DNA from: an uncultured Alphaproteobacteria bacterium
Lineage (GTDB): Bacteria; Pseudomonadota; Alphaproteobacteria; Puniceispirillales; Puniceispirillaceae
Direction of reading: 5' to 3'
NCBI GenBank assembly: GCA_963966775.1
Contig: CAXAAH010000003.1
Coordinates: 1,793 to 65,792 of the forward strand
Length of the DNA: 64,000 nucleotides
Made by a program: the position numbers and the translations under genes. Below, one piece after another: positions 35,992 to 46,639 of this stretch; positions within the stretch are counted from its first letter, which is position 1, and each line of letters starts with the position of its first letter. The notes under the pieces are model-generated. The model did not search any database. It was given only the letters and a program-made list of their open reading frames with translations, and was not told the DNA's origin.

Positions 35992-36909
35992 TTAGGCAGT
36001 TGCGGCGAGTGGCAATGTGCGCTCTAGTGATGGGGCGATATCATAGGCATCATTTTCGGTTGTGATGCGATAAGCGCTTTCATCTGCTAGCAGGGCTTTC
36101 ACGACAAGCGTGCTAAGGCGGTGACCCGGCAAATGCGCGCTCAAGCGCCCTTTCAGCGGCATGCCAACAAGGAACAAATCGCCAATGCAATCAAGCGCTT
36201 TATGCTTCACACATTCATTTTCCATGCGCAAGCCACCTTCATTCAGCAAGGTGCCATTATCATAGACAAGCGCATTTTCCAACGAGCCGCCCTTGCCAAG
36301 GCCAGCTAAGCGCATCGCCTCAACATCTTTGAACATGCAGAATGTACGCGCTCTGGCAATTTCATCACCAAAGGCATCATCACGGCTATCAAACGAGAAT
36401 GCCTGTTTGCCAATGCCGGGGTCTGTGAAATCAATATCAATATCAAGCTGGAGCGTTGGCGCAGGTGAAAGCGTGGCCCATGCCCCGTTCTCAAGCTCAA
36501 CCGTCACAGGTACCAAAATCTCAAGATAGGTGCGCGCGCTGTCTGTGGCCATGATGCCCACAAGATTGATTGATTCAACAATCGCGGCGCTTGAGCCGTC
36601 AAGGATAGGTACCTCTGGGCCGTTCAATTCAACAATCACATTATCAATGCCAAGCCCGTGAAAGGCGGCCATCAAATGTTCAATCATGCGCACTTCGGTG
36701 CCAACATTATTTTTGATGGTTGTGCAAAGCTGTGTTTCAATCGCGTTTGTGGCATGGGCAAGGACAAACCCATCATCATCACCAATATCAACGCGGTTAA
36801 ATAGGATGCCTGTATCGGCGGCGGCCGGGTGAAGTGTCATTGTGACGGCACGACCAGAATGCACGCCCACGCCAGACATCGTAATCGGTGCCTGTATGGT
36901 GGTCTGCAT
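35992..36909 (-). CDS. lpxC: UDP-3-O-acyl-N-acetylglucosamine deacetylase LpxC
   Basis: The start is taken at ATG 36909 (MQTTIQAPITMSGVGVHSGR), which matches the canonical LpxC N-terminus. The track ORF extends 44 codons further upstream. Confidence 0.92.
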   Translation of the reverse strand: MQTTIQAPITMSGVGVHSGRAVTMTLHPAAADTGILFNRVDIGDDDGFVLAHATNAIETQLCTTIKNNVGTEVRMIEHLMAAFHGLGIDNVIVELNGPEVPILDGSSAAIVESINLVGIMATDSARTYLEILVPVTVELENGAWATLSPAPTLQLDIDIDFTDPGIGKQAFSFDSRDDAFGDEIARARTFCMFKDVEAMRLAGLGKGGSLENALVYDNGTLLNEGGLRMENECVKHKALDCIGDLFLVGMPLKGRLSAHLPGHRLSTLVVKALLADESAYRITTENDAYDIAPSLERTLPLAATA

Positions 36910-37067
36910 TAGGCCAGCTCTTGCTGTGCCACTGATATTATCAGCTGTTTGTCTCAATAAACTCTCCTCGCTTGGACGGGTGCTTTTGGGCGTATCGTCC
37001 AGCCTCAATGCTAAACTATACATCACTGTAATGATTGCCAAATCACTTTACTGTAACCTTTTGTAGC

Positions 37068-37101
37068 AACACGCCCCTTCGCAGTGCGTAAGGGGCGTGT
37101 T
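37068..37101 (-). other. Strong hairpin in the ftsZ-lpxC spacer (possible attenuator or processing structure)
   Basis: AACACGCCCCTT-N10-AAGGGGCGTGTT forms an 11-12 bp perfect stem. No U-tract follows on the transcribed (-) strand. Confidence 0.4.
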
Positions 37102-37129
37102 TTGATGTTAGGGCGCTTGTTAAGAGCGG

Positions 37130-38932
37130 CTAGTTAGCTTGTCTGCGCAAGAAGGCAGGGATATCAAGCTCATCATCTCTCTCGTCTGATTGGGCACTGC
37201 TTTGGTTGCCAATCGGCAGTGATTCTTGCAACGCATCGCCTCTTGAAAGATTCAAGATGGCAGGCTCTTCTTGCTTTTGCGCCGCAGGTTTCGCTGTCGG
37301 TGTAACCTCATCATCTGTTGGACGTGACCGCCAAAGACCTGAGATTTGTTTGATGATTGATGGGCGTGATGAGGGGATAGGGGCCGCTTGTTCAAGCGCC
37401 TCATCAGCCGGGCTAACAATAGGGGCTGACAGGATGAAAGCATCATCATCTGATTTACCCTCTGTTCCACCCTCTGGCTGTTTTGCCCCATCTTTTGAAG
37501 GTGTCTCTGCAATATCATCAAAGCGTGCCACAGCTTCTTCTAGATCAAGCTGGTTAGCATCATCTTCAATAGGCGCAGAGGCTTCGGTTGCCAAGTCACC
37601 TAAGATACCAGATGGCTGATTTGTTGCCTCAGCTGTGTCTTCTGCGACCTCTGACGTTACCTCTGTTGTCATCTCTGGTGCTTCATGCTGATCAGCTGGC
37701 GGGGTGAAGAGGCCATTTGGCACATCACCCATATCAACGGGCCCGTCTGAATCAAGTCGTGCATCCATTGACGGCATTTCGCTATCAAATAAAGGCGCGT
37801 CTGGCGTCACTGTCTCAGGCGCTGTCTGCATGCCAAGCGGTGCGTCTTCTGGCACTTTTATATTGCTGGCCTGAATATTGTTGGCCTGAATATTGCTCGT
37901 CGGCACCTGTGATGGTGTGGTTGTTGTGCTTGTCATAGGATGTGGCACAGACGCACTTCCGGCGATTGTCTCAATCCCTGTGGCGACAACTGATACACGG
38001 ATGGTGCCATCAAGACTGTCATCAATGGCTGAACCGAAGATAAGATTGGCATCTTCATCAACCTCACGGCGAATACGCTGGACCGCTTCATCAACCTCAT
38101 AAAAGCCAAGCTCTGGGCCGCCTGTGACATTCACAATCAACGCCTTAGCACCAAGCAAGGTAGTGTCTTCAAGCAAGGGATTGTTAATCGCCGTCTCAGC
38201 CGCTGTGATAGCGCGATGCTCACCAGATGCTTCACCTGTGCCCATCATCGCCTTGCCCATTTCGGTCATCACCGAGCGGATATCAGCAAAATCAAGATTG
38301 ATAATGCCAGGCTTTAGCATCAAATCAGTCACGCCGCTGACACCTTGATAGAGAACCTCATCAGCCATGTGGAAGGCATCTGCGAAGGTTGTACGCTCAT
38401 TTGTGACATGGAACAGATTTTGGTTTGGCACAACGATGAGTGTATCGACATGCGCGGCCAATTGCTCAATGCCTGTTGCGGCTTGCTTCATGCGTCTTGG
38501 GCCTTCAAATTCGAAAGGCTTTGTGACAACGCCAACGGTCAAAATGCCGTTTTCACGCGCCGCTCTGGCAATCACGGGGGCCGCACCTGTGCCTGTGCCA
38601 CCGCCCATACCGGCGGTGATAAAGACCATGTTGCAATCTGTTAATTCCGCGAGGACTTCATCCATCGATTCTTCTGCCGCTTGGCGTCCAATATCAGGCT
38701 TTGAGCCTGCGCCAAGACCTGCGGTTAGATTCGTGCCAAGCTGGATTTTACGTGGCGCAAGAGAATGTGCCAATGCTTGTCCATCTGTGTTGGCAACAAG
38801 AAAGTCAACACCGTCTAGATTTGCACTTATCATATTATTGACAGCGTTACAGCCTGCACCGCCAACACCAATTACAGTGATGCGAGGACGAAGTTCTTGC
38901 ATTGTTTGTGGTACTGTTAAATTGATACTCAT
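37130..38932 (-). CDS. ftsZ: Cell division protein FtsZ with a long C-terminal linker
   Basis: [13 protein letters not shown], the tubulin signature [11 protein letters not shown], and the C-terminal conserved peptide [15 protein letters not shown] roughly 250-aa disordered linker separates them. Confidence 0.97.
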   Translation of the reverse strand: MSINLTVPQTMQELRPRITVIGVGGAGCNAVNNMISANLDGVDFLVANTDGQALAHSLAPRKIQLGTNLTAGLGAGSKPDIGRQAAEESMDEVLAELTDCNMVFITAGMGGGTGTGAAPVIARAARENGILTVGVVTKPFEFEGPRRMKQAATGIEQLAAHVDTLIVVPNQNLFHVTNERTTFADAFHMADEVLYQGVSGVTDLMLKPGIINLDFADIRSVMTEMGKAMMGTGEASGEHRAITAAETAINNPLLEDTTLLGAKALIVNVTGGPELGFYEVDEAVQRIRREVDEDANLIFGSAIDDSLDGTIRVSVVATGIETIAGSASVPHPMTSTTTTPSQVPTSNIQANNIQASNIKVPEDAPLGMQTAPETVTPDAPLFDSEMPSMDARLDSDGPVDMGDVPNGLFTPPADQHEAPEMTTEVTSEVAEDTAEATNQPSGILGDLATEASAPIEDDANQLDLEEAVARFDDIAETPSKDGAKQPEGGTEGKSDDDAFILSAPIVSPADEALEQAAPIPSSRPSIIKQISGLWRSRPTDDEVTPTAKPAAQKQEEPAILNLSRGDALQESLPIGNQSSAQSDERDDELDIPAFLRRQAN

Positions 38933-39070
38933 GATAGCCTCCCTTCAATTTTAAGGCTTATGGTTTGCGCCACATGAAACGTGGCAAGTGATCTGACACA
39001 GCAGGGGGCAATGCTGTGCGACAGATTAGGATTTGGTTGCTTTATAATCATCTTTATCGGTGTCCTTTCC

Positions 39071-40381
39071 TTACAGATGGGTGCGCAGCCACATGCCAAG
39101 GCGCCCAAAGGGGTTCCTTGATAAAATGGCGGGATTAAATTCGGTTAAATCATCATCAGCGGTGCGCGCGACATGAAGCGCCATCCCGACAAGGGCTGAG
39201 AAAGCAGGGTTGGCTGAATGCTCATCCAAGCCCATAATATGATGCGGTATCGCAAGGCTCGCGCGGCGCTTCCAATATTGTGAGACGAAATCCGCCATGC
39301 CTGTCAGCTGGCTGGCACCGCCTGTTAAGACAATGCGCTGGCCGATATGATGCTCTAGGCCTGCCGCGACAAGCTTTTGATAGATAAGATCCAAAATCTC
39401 TTCGATGCGGGGGCGGATAATATCTGTCAGCAATTGACGATTAATCATCTCCCCATTTGGCAGTGTTAAATCCTGCATTTGATAGGCGCTTGTGGCGGGC
39501 ACAAAATTATCACCTGCGGCCAAAAATGGCGGCGGTGATAGCACGTCTCTTAACGCCTCACCATGCGAGGGGGTAATCGCGCCTTCAACAGCTTTTAGCC
39601 GCTCTGCATCTGAGATAGAGACAGATAATATGCGCGCAATATCACGCGTGATCTGGATACCGCCAACAGGCACAGAGGCACTGCCAATCAGACCATTATT
39701 TAAGAACAGCGCCGCAGAGGTTGTGCCGCCCCCCATATCAAGCACCAAGGTGCCAAGGTCGGCATCTTCTTGGGTTAGGCACGCAAGACCAGAGGCAAAG
39801 CCGGCATGACCAATGCGCCCTATCTGTAGATGATTATGCTGTACCGCCTCAGATAGATTAAGATAGCTGGCACTGGCAATCGTCATGGCTGTGGCATCAA
39901 GCGCCAAATGGCTGGCACGCATCCCCTTGGGGTTTTGGACAATCGAGGCGCCATCAATGATATAATGCAGCCGCTCTGAGGCAATAAGCGAACGGCCCTC
40001 TGGCAGGGTCATTTGCATCTGCTTTGCGGTCAGGCGCCTGATGTCTCTGAGCGAGATAATCGGGTCAGCCAATTCCAGCTTGAAGCGTTCAATATGTGAT
40101 TGAGGCTGGCCACCTGGCATGACGATATGCAAATCATTAATCGTCAGCCCTGCCTTGCGCTCACCAGCTTCGACCACCTTGCCGAGTGTTTCACTAAACA
40201 GCGCAAGGTCGGTAATCTCACCACGCTGGATACCAGCTGAGGCATGCATCGCATAAGATAAAATAGTCAGCGTCTTGCCCGCAGGCTCAACAATCAGGCA
40301 CCCCAATTTTGACGAGCCAACATCAAGAACCGCAAAAGGTCCTTTGACTGAGACGGGCTTAATCGGTGTCATAGCTGTCAT
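39071..40381 (-). CDS. ftsA: Cell division protein FtsA
   Basis: Actin-like ATPase motifs (VLDVGSSK, LDMGGGTTS). Position between ftsQ and ftsZ. Confidence 0.93.
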   Translation of the reverse strand: MTAMTPIKPVSVKGPFAVLDVGSSKLGCLIVEPAGKTLTILSYAMHASAGIQRGEITDLALFSETLGKVVEAGERKAGLTINDLHIVMPGGQPQSHIERFKLELADPIISLRDIRRLTAKQMQMTLPEGRSLIASERLHYIIDGASIVQNPKGMRASHLALDATAMTIASASYLNLSEAVQHNHLQIGRIGHAGFASGLACLTQEDADLGTLVLDMGGGTTSAALFLNNGLIGSASVPVGGIQITRDIARILSVSISDAERLKAVEGAITPSHGEALRDVLSPPPFLAAGDNFVPATSAYQMQDLTLPNGEMINRQLLTDIIRPRIEEILDLIYQKLVAAGLEHHIGQRIVLTGGASQLTGMADFVSQYWKRRASLAIPHHIMGLDEHSANPAFSALVGMALHVARTADDDLTEFNPAILSRNPFGRLGMWLRTHL

Positions 40382-41199
40382 GTCTTTTGCCCTTTCTTGC
40401 TCAAAGGAAGGTTTGGCTCAACGATAAGCTGGCCTGAAATGCGCAGATCAATGGTCGCCAAATCGCGCTTCATAATTTTGGTGTCTCGGTCCAAAATGGC
40501 GAGTTTCGACCAAGCAAGAACGGCGTCTTTTTCAGGCAGGCGCACCGCAAGGCCTGTGCGCAGATGAACATCCCAGCGGCGGTCAGACACGCGCTGGATG
40601 GCCCAAACATCGGCATAGAGATCAGGCTCTGTGCGCAAGGCTTCGATAATCAATTTGGCATGGGCCGCCGCCCCTTCCCCTGATATCACAGGCAGGTGAC
40701 TAAAGTTTGCGGCATTCGCGCCAAAGATGGTGTGGCCTTCTTGATCAATCAGGCGATGACCGCCGGTTGTTTGCAACAAGGCAAGCGGGCGTCTCTCGGT
40801 CAGGTCGATGGCGATTGCATCCGGATAATGGCGGGCAACAGTGGCATCTTGCACCCAGCCAAGCTGTTCCAGATTATGCTTAATCTCATCAAGCGAAAGC
40901 GCCAAAAGCGGGGTGCCATAATCTGCGCCAATCGCTTTTTTAATGTCGCTGTCTGTTGTGTAATTGCGCCCTGTGATGCGGATATCGATAAGGGCGATGC
41001 CAGATTGCGCTGATAGATCATAGCCGCTTTCAATCAATGTCTCGCGCATTATCCATAGGCCAGCCACAAGGCAAATGGCGCCCACATAAGAGCCGCGTTT
41101 TGCCGCGCTAAGGATGGTCGGCCAATCGATTTGGCGGCCACGCAAGCTCGCTCTATTGGGCTCTTGGGCCTCTTTTTTCCAGAACATTAATCGTCGCAT
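40378..41199 (-). CDS. ftsQ: Cell division protein FtsQ
   Basis: Single TM segment followed by a POTRA-like domain. 4-bp overlap with ftsA, in dcw order. Confidence 0.85.
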   Translation of the reverse strand: MRRLMFWKKEAQEPNRASLRGRQIDWPTILSAAKRGSYVGAICLVAGLWIMRETLIESGYDLSAQSGIALIDIRITGRNYTTDSDIKKAIGADYGTPLLALSLDEIKHNLEQLGWVQDATVARHYPDAIAIDLTERRPLALLQTTGGHRLIDQEGHTIFGANAANFSHLPVISGEGAAAHAKLIIEALRTEPDLYADVWAIQRVSDRRWDVHLRTGLAVRLPEKDAVLAWSKLAILDRDTKIMKRDLATIDLRISGQLIVEPNLPLSKKGQKT

Positions 41200-42101
41200 T
41201 GGGCAATCTCCAACAAGTGATTAACAAGTTCTTCGCCCGAAATACCGCGCCAGCGCGCTTGTTCAGGGACAAGTGAGGTCGCCGTCATGCCAGGCTGTGT
41301 GTTCAGCTCCAGCATATAAAGCTGGCCTTTTTTATCATCATAGCGATAGTCAGCACGCGCCACACCGCGGCAACCAAGCAAATGATAGGCTTGTTCTGCC
41401 CAATCAAGGGCAAGCGTTTCAACCTCTTTTGGGATTTCCGCTGGCAAGATATGATGTGAGCCGCCGGCCTTATATTTGGCATCAAAATCATAAAAGGTCT
41501 CAGAGGTCGTAATCTCGGTCACACCAAGGGCGGTGCCATCTAGGACAGAGACGGTTAATTCACGCCCCGGAATAAAGGCCTCTGCAAATAGCTGTGTGCC
41601 AAGTGGCCAGAGATCATGACGCGGCGCATCATCGCCTGCACGGATAATCTGGACACCAAAGCTAGAGCCTTCATTGACCGGTTTGACGACATAATCACCG
41701 TCATAATTCTGAGGGCTCAGAACCCCATTATCTTCGTTCAAGGAAAGGCGCATCGGTACCGCGATCCCAGCCGTGCGGAATAATTGGCGCGATAGCACCT
41801 TATTCATCGCGACAGCAGAGGCAACCACACCGCTATGGGTATAAGGAATGCCCATAATATTTAGCATGCCTTGCACGGAGCCATCCTCGCCAATTTGGCC
41901 ATGAAGCGCGTTATAAACACGCGACGGGTTCAATTCACGAAGGCGCGTTTGAATATCACGGTCAAATTCAACCTCAATCGCATCCCAGCCAGCCGCTCTT
42001 GCCGCTTTGGCACAAAAGGCCGCGCTGACACGGCTCACAGCCGCCTCAGATGTCCAGCCACCCATCAGCACAACCACACGTTTTGGATCTTGTTCAATCA
42101 T
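41187..42101 (-). CDS. ddl: D-alanine--D-alanine ligase
   Basis: ATP-grasp protein of 304 aa. N-terminal VVLMGGWTSEAAVS and C-terminal LELNTQPGMT. Confidence 0.92.
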   Translation of the reverse strand: MIEQDPKRVVVLMGGWTSEAAVSRVSAAFCAKAARAAGWDAIEVEFDRDIQTRLRELNPSRVYNALHGQIGEDGSVQGMLNIMGIPYTHSGVVASAVAMNKVLSRQLFRTAGIAVPMRLSLNEDNGVLSPQNYDGDYVVKPVNEGSSFGVQIIRAGDDAPRHDLWPLGTQLFAEAFIPGRELTVSVLDGTALGVTEITTSETFYDFDAKYKAGGSHHILPAEIPKEVETLALDWAEQAYHLLGCRGVARADYRYDDKKGQLYMLELNTQPGMTATSLVPEQARWRGISGEELVNHLLEIAQCDD

Positions 42102-43027
42102 GCCACATCTCCGCCGCTAATGGTCTCTGCATCTCTGCCAATTCGTTTAATTTCCCAGCGTAGCTCAACGCCGCAATTGGCGCGCACAGCCTCTATTACC
42201 TCAGTGCCAAGCCGCTCAATATCACGGGCGCTAGCGGCGCCATGATTGATAAGGAAATTACAGTGTTTTTCATTCATTGACGCATCGCCAATACGCTTGC
42301 CGCGGCAACCAGCTTCATCGATGACCTGCCATGCTTTATGGCCCTCAGGGTTGGCAAAGGTCGAACCGCCCGTGCGCACACCTTGCGGCTGTGTTTGCGC
42401 CCGCATGGCCAGCATCTCTTTCATCTCAGCTTTGATATCTGCCATCTTGCCAGCCTTTGTTGCAAAATCGGCTGATAGGAAAATCATCTCATCTGATACA
42501 TCACTATGGCGATAGGCCATGCCCATCTCATCAGGGGTTAGGTGATGGATGGTGCCATCTCTTGCCATCATGCGCGCGCTGATAAGCACGTCTTTAAATT
42601 CACTGCCATAACAGCCCGCATTCATGCGAATCCCGCCGCCAATTGTGCCAGGGATGGTCACAAGAAAGGCAAGGGCGGTGCGGTCATGACGCGCGGCAAA
42701 GCGCGCGACTTCTGCGTCTGTGGCACCGGCGCCGGCTGTGATGATATCACCTGATAGGCGCGTTTGTGCCATCTCGCCGACCAGCTTTATGACCGCCCCT
42801 TCAATGCCGCCATCACGCACCAGCATATTAGAGCCTGCGCCGATGATGGTAAGTGGCAGATCAGAGGGGGTATTGGCCAAAAATTGCGCCAGATCAGCTT
42901 CGTCAGCTGGCTCAAAATAGATGTCAGCCTTGCCGCCCACGCCAAGCCATGTGCGCTTGTTGAGGGGCTCATCAAATAGCAACAGGCCTCTGATATTCAA
43001 AGAGATGCTTTTATGTGAATCTGTCAT
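42098..43027 (-). CDS. murB: UDP-N-acetylenolpyruvoylglucosamine reductase MurB
   Basis: FAD-binding region (LGVGGKAD, IIGAGSNMLV) and C-terminal GGSTFANP. Confidence 0.92.
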   Translation of the reverse strand: MTDSHKSISLNIRGLLLFDEPLNKRTWLGVGGKADIYFEPADEADLAQFLANTPSDLPLTIIGAGSNMLVRDGGIEGAVIKLVGEMAQTRLSGDIITAGAGATDAEVARFAARHDRTALAFLVTIPGTIGGGIRMNAGCYGSEFKDVLISARMMARDGTIHHLTPDEMGMAYRHSDVSDEMIFLSADFATKAGKMADIKAEMKEMLAMRAQTQPQGVRTGGSTFANPEGHKAWQVIDEAGCRGKRIGDASMNEKHCNFLINHGAASARDIERLGTEVIEAVRANCGVELRWEIKRIGRDAETISGGDVA

Positions 43028-44452
43028 CTAAGCACCTCCTTTTGATATGATAGCTTCAAGCTCTGCTGGCAGAGAGGCGGCCCAATTTGTGATGGTGCCA
43101 GCACCAAGGCACATAATGATATCGCCCTTAACAGCGTGGGTGCTAATCAAGCTGGCAAGCGCTTCTGGCGCGTCTAGCCCATAGGCATTGCGGTGGCCAT
43201 GTGATTGCAGGCCTGCGACCAGCTCATCCTTGCCAAAGCCTTCAATAGGGGCCTCACCTGCGGCATAGACATCGGCGACAATCACTGTATCTGCCTCGTT
43301 AAAACAGCTGCAGAAATCATCAAACAGATCGCGCAGACGGCTATAGCGATGCGGCTGGACAACGGCGATAAGCTTGCCGCCATTGGCTTTCATACGGCCC
43401 GCATTCAAGGCCGCTTTAATCTCAACAGGGTGGTGGCCATAATCATCGATGACTGTGATCCCATGCGCTGTGCCTTTAATATCAAAGCGTCTGCCAACGC
43501 CTTTGAAATTGGCAAGGGCTTGTTTGATAATCGTGCTATCAATCCCCATCTCAAGCGCCACCGAAATAGCGGCAAGCGCATTTTGGACATTATGCGTGCC
43601 AAGCATCGAGAAGCTGACATCAGCAATGGTTTGGGCCTCGCCCATCAGCCTGTCTGATAGCTGAATATCAAATAGCATCGCATCATGAGAGGCACGGATA
43701 TTCACGGCCCTGACATCTGCCATCACAGATAGGCCATAAGAGATAATCCGCCTGTCACGGATTTTCGGCAAAAGACGCTGAACCGCTGGATGGTCGATGC
43801 ATAGGCTGGCAAAACCATAAAAGGGAATCGAGGCGACAAAATTCTCAAAAGCGGTTTCAAGATTCTCATAAGAGCCGTGATGGTCAAGATGCTCAGGGTC
43901 GATATTGGTGACAATCGCGGCGGTTGGCTTTAGGCGCGAGAAAGAGCCGTCACTCTCATCAGCCTCAACAACCATCCATTGGCCATCACCCAATTTGGCA
44001 TTACTGCCCCAGCTTTGGATGATGCCGCCATTGACAACGGTGGGGTCAATATCAGCCGCATCTAGCAAGGTTGCGACAAGCGAGGTGGTGGTCGTCTTGC
44101 CATGTGTGCCAGCAACCGCCACAGACCAGCGCAAGCGCATTAACTCGCCAAGCATCTCTGCCCGGTGAACAACGGGAATAAACTTCGCCCGCGCGGCTAG
44201 CAATTCTTCATTATCAGCGCGGATGGCGGTCGAGATAACAACAATAGACACATCGTCAATATTGTCAGCTGTTTGCGGAATAGAGACAGGAATGCCCTTT
44301 CCGCGTAATCGTTTGACATTATTATTCACCGCAATATCAGAGCCCTGCACCTCATAGCCCAAATCGGCTAGGATTTCGGCAATACCACTCATCCCAATAC
44401 CGCCAATGCCGGTAAAGTGAATCTTGCCAATGCTGAGGGGAAGGGCGGTCAT
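43028..44452 (-). CDS. murC: UDP-N-acetylmuramate--L-alanine ligase MurC
   Basis: GIGGIGMSGIAEIL and the Mur ligase P-loop AGTHGKTTTTS. Confidence 0.95.
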   Translation of the reverse strand: MTALPLSIGKIHFTGIGGIGMSGIAEILADLGYEVQGSDIAVNNNVKRLRGKGIPVSIPQTADNIDDVSIVVISTAIRADNEELLAARAKFIPVVHRAEMLGELMRLRWSVAVAGTHGKTTTTSLVATLLDAADIDPTVVNGGIIQSWGSNAKLGDGQWMVVEADESDGSFSRLKPTAAIVTNIDPEHLDHHGSYENLETAFENFVASIPFYGFASLCIDHPAVQRLLPKIRDRRIISYGLSVMADVRAVNIRASHDAMLFDIQLSDRLMGEAQTIADVSFSMLGTHNVQNALAAISVALEMGIDSTIIKQALANFKGVGRRFDIKGTAHGITVIDDYGHHPVEIKAALNAGRMKANGGKLIAVVQPHRYSRLRDLFDDFCSCFNEADTVIVADVYAAGEAPIEGFGKDELVAGLQSHGHRNAYGLDAPEALASLISTHAVKGDIIMCLGAGTITNWAASLPAELEAIISKGGA

Positions 44453-45534
44453 TGCATAGCTCCTGAGAGGTGAGGGGCGGATAGGCCGGCTAGATCTGCG
44501 ATAGCGTGGCTGGCATTTTGCTTTGCGATAGAGTGCGCTTGGCTAGCCATTTTTGCGCGCTTTGTGCCATCTTCGATTAATGTCGATAGCAAGGCTGCTA
44601 CGGCCTTTGCATCTGCCTTATCCTCGGCAAGCACAAGCGCACCGCCGGCATTGGCAAGGCTCATCGCATTGCCTGTTTGGTGATCATCAAGCGCCCCTGC
44701 AAAAGGCACAAGAAGGCTGGCTCTGCCTGCGGTGGCAATTTCTTGCACAGATGAGGCACCTGCTCTGCTGATGATGATGTCGCTTGCCTCATAGAGGCTT
44801 GGCATATCATGATAAAAACGCGCCACCTCATAAGAGATATTTTGCGCCTCATAAGCGGCCTTTAGGGCGCTGATATTATCATCACGTGCTTGTTGTGTGA
44901 TATGCAATTTTGCTTTGAGGGACGCTGGTAATGCTGAGATGGCTTGCGGGATGATATCAGCAAAAATCTGGGCACCAAGAGAGCCGCCAATAATGGTGAT
45001 ATGTATCTTGTCTGTCTGCACGCGATAGGCCGAAATAGCGGCAAATGCTTGCCTGACAGGCAGGCCTGTTTGGGTGATTTTATCGCCTTCTGGTGCGCCT
45101 TTGGTGTTGGCAAAGGACAGCGCGATATGATGGGCAATCTTGCCAAGCAGGCGGTTTGCACGCCCCATCACCGCATTTTGTTCATGCAAGATACAGCGCG
45201 CGCCAAAAAGTCGCCCCGATAAAATAGGCGCAAGTGACGGATAACCGCCAAAGCCAATCACAGCCGCTGGGCGCGCAAATAGCATCATGCTAGCTGATTG
45301 TATAAAGCCAAGGGACAGGCTGGCTAGCCCAAGGCATTTGGCGATAATCCCTGCTTTGAACGGCGAGGCAGAGCTGATGATGCGATAGGTGATTTTGCCA
45401 TCGACCATCGCCTCACCGCGCTTATCGGTATAAAGCACCACCCTATGGCCATTCGCAGATAGCACTTCTGCGACCGCAAGGGCTGGGAAAATATGGCCGC
45501 CTGTACCGCCGGCGGCAAGAATGACATTAGCCAT
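44449..45534 (-). CDS. murG: Undecaprenyl-PP-MurNAc-pentapeptide GlcNAc transferase MurG
   Basis: N-terminal AAGGTGGHIFPALAVA. Confidence 0.95.
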   Translation of the reverse strand: MANVILAAGGTGGHIFPALAVAEVLSANGHRVVLYTDKRGEAMVDGKITYRIISSASPFKAGIIAKCLGLASLSLGFIQSASMMLFARPAAVIGFGGYPSLAPILSGRLFGARCILHEQNAVMGRANRLLGKIAHHIALSFANTKGAPEGDKITQTGLPVRQAFAAISAYRVQTDKIHITIIGGSLGAQIFADIIPQAISALPASLKAKLHITQQARDDNISALKAAYEAQNISYEVARFYHDMPSLYEASDIIISRAGASSVQEIATAGRASLLVPFAGALDDHQTGNAMSLANAGGALVLAEDKADAKAVAALLSTLIEDGTKRAKMASQAHSIAKQNASHAIADLAGLSAPHLSGAMQ

Positions 45535-46639
45535 CTAACCCTCCATCGCGCAGGCGGCGTCTTGTCAGCGCCAATAGCATGCCAATCGTAATCCCGCTGG
45601 CAAGCAAGGATGAGCCACCATAGCTTATAAGAGGCAAGGTCATGCCTTTGGTGGGGATAAGGTCCACAGATGATGCCATATGAATGGCCGCTTGCACGCC
45701 AAATTGCATGGCAAGACCGGCGCCGGCTATCAGGCAGAATAGATTATCTCTTGCGGCTGAACGCTCAAATCCGCGTAAGACCATAAAGCCATAAAGGCCA
45801 ATGATTAACAGGCAGACAAGCAGGCCATATTCTTCGGCCGCCACAGAGAAGATGAAATCAGCATGCGCATCTGGCAAATATTGCTTAATCTTGCCATCGC
45901 CGGGCCCAACGCCAAGCAAACCCCCATCGGCAAAAGAGCGGATAGAGAAATCAGACTGCATAGAGCCGCCATCAAAGAATTTGTCAATACGCGCGGTCAC
46001 ATGGCTGAGGTTATAATAAGCAATGATAAGCGCCAAAGGTGCCAAGGCGACGGCTAAAATCACAAGCAATAAAGGCATGCCTGCCAAGAACATCTGGAAG
46101 CCCCATGTCAGCGCGATGACAGCTGTCATGCCGATATCTGGTTGCAAGACCAAAATCCCAACAATGATGCCCGCAAGGCCTGTGGCCCAAATCCAGCCTT
46201 TGAAATTCTCGCCCTCACGCCACAGCGATAATAGCCATGCACAGACAATCGCAAATAATGGCTTGGCAAATTCAGATGGTTGCAAATTAATCGGGCCGAT
46301 ATAAATCCATCTGGTCGCGCCTTTGACCTCTGCGCCAAGCACAAGGGTCGCGCTCATCAAGCCGATAACGCCAAATAGGCCGAGCAATGAGAGGGCCCTA
46401 ATCATGCGCGGTGTCATCAAAGACAGAATGAAGACTGCCCCTGCGGCAGGTATCAGATAGACAAGCTGGCGCCAGACAAAGTGGAATTCAGGCAATGATA
46501 TGCGCGCCGCAACAGGGGGGCTGGCGGCCATCACAAGCAAGGTGCCAATCACCATCAACAAGATAGCGGCGGTTAAAAGCCACCTATCAACGGTCCACCA
46601 CCAGACTCCTAGAAGGGATCTATCGGTTCTACCCAACAT
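45527..46639 (-). CDS. ftsW: Peptidoglycan glycosyltransferase FtsW (SEDS family)
   Basis: Polytopic SEDS protein with C-terminal PTKGMTLPLISYGGSS. The start is taken at ATG 46639 (11-bp overlap with murD) rather than the track start 46711. Confidence 0.9.
   Translation of the reverse strand: MLGRTDRSLLGVWWWTVDRWLLTAAILLMVIGTLLVMAASPPVAARISLPEFHFVWRQLVYLIPAAGAVFILSLMTPRMIRALSLLGLFGVIGLMSATLVLGAEVKGATRWIYIGPINLQPSEFAKPLFAIVCAWLLSLWREGENFKGWIWATGLAGIIVGILVLQPDIGMTAVIALTWGFQMFLAGMPLLLVILAVALAPLALIIAYYNLSHVTARIDKFFDGGSMQSDFSIRSFADGGLLGVGPGDGKIKQYLPDAHADFIFSVAAEEYGLLVCLLIIGLYGFMVLRGFERSAARDNLFCLIAGAGLAMQFGVQAAIHMASSVDLIPTKGMTLPLISYGGSSLLASGITIGMLLALTRRRLRDGGLDG

Noticed and set aside
38367-38954. 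195-aa + strand ORF antisense to the ftsZ GTPase core. Similar long antisense ORFs lie in ftsH (9845-10363), folP (11696-12193), glmM (13174-13650), ligA (31647-32494), murC (43205-43657) and murF/murE (50152-50739)
   Set aside because: Every one lies entirely inside a confidently identified gene on the other strand and shows Ala/Arg/Ser/Pro-biased shadow composition. There is no independent support.
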